Source: Octopus sinensis (taxonomy: Eukaryota). Taken from it: a stretch of DNA of 64,000 nt. This document shows, one piece after another, positions 63,854 through 64,000 of the stretch. Position 1 is the first letter of the stretch; every line of letters starts with the position of its first letter. The DNA lies in contig NC_042997.1 in NCBI RefSeq assembly GCF_006345805.1, positions 168,764,001 through 168,828,000 of the forward strand, given 5' to 3'. The notes under the pieces are model-generated. The model saw only the letters and a list, made by a program, of their open reading frames with translations. It did no database searches and was not told the origin of the DNA. Position numbers and translations under genes: made by a program.

Positions 63854-64000
63854 TTAATTGGTACTTTATTTTATTGTCACTGAAGGATTTTGAATGTGAA
63901 TGTGAAGAGCCAGAAGACACACCACAAAGCATTTTGTCAAACTCTACCCATCTTGCTGCTTTAATAATGATGAGAGGAGAATTTCTATTATTTGCCACAG

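Overview
AT-rich, microsatellite-dense eukaryotic DNA. The repeat families look like Octopus (my recognition, not a database result). The only well-supported host gene feature is one 2.6-kb minus-strand exon (19323-16714). It has a strong acceptor, an in-frame upstream stop, ATG at 19240 and a GTAAGT donor. It encodes at least 842 aa of a protein with four dispersed C2H2-type zinc fingers; its other exons were not identified. The rest is a nested transposon landscape: four recurrent SINE-like families (my labels A-D), CR1, RTE and R4/Dong LINE relics, mariner, pogo, hAT and piggyBac-type elements, three non-autonomous Helitrons, a solo LTR, and Penelope-like fragments with minimal hammerhead-ribozyme cores. 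The most unusual structure is at 52550-55640: a miniature LTR element (72-bp LTRs, PBS, PPT; TRIM-like, tandem) whose second unit is interrupted just after the PBS by an ORF1-only L1/Tx1-type element with a 15-bp TSD. Also notable are a 70-bp local segment copied between inverted Penelope-like arms, a LINE and SINE sharing a 3' tail, and SINE heads carrying alternative tails across a microsatellite hinge. SINE and relic boundaries are approximate (read by eye).
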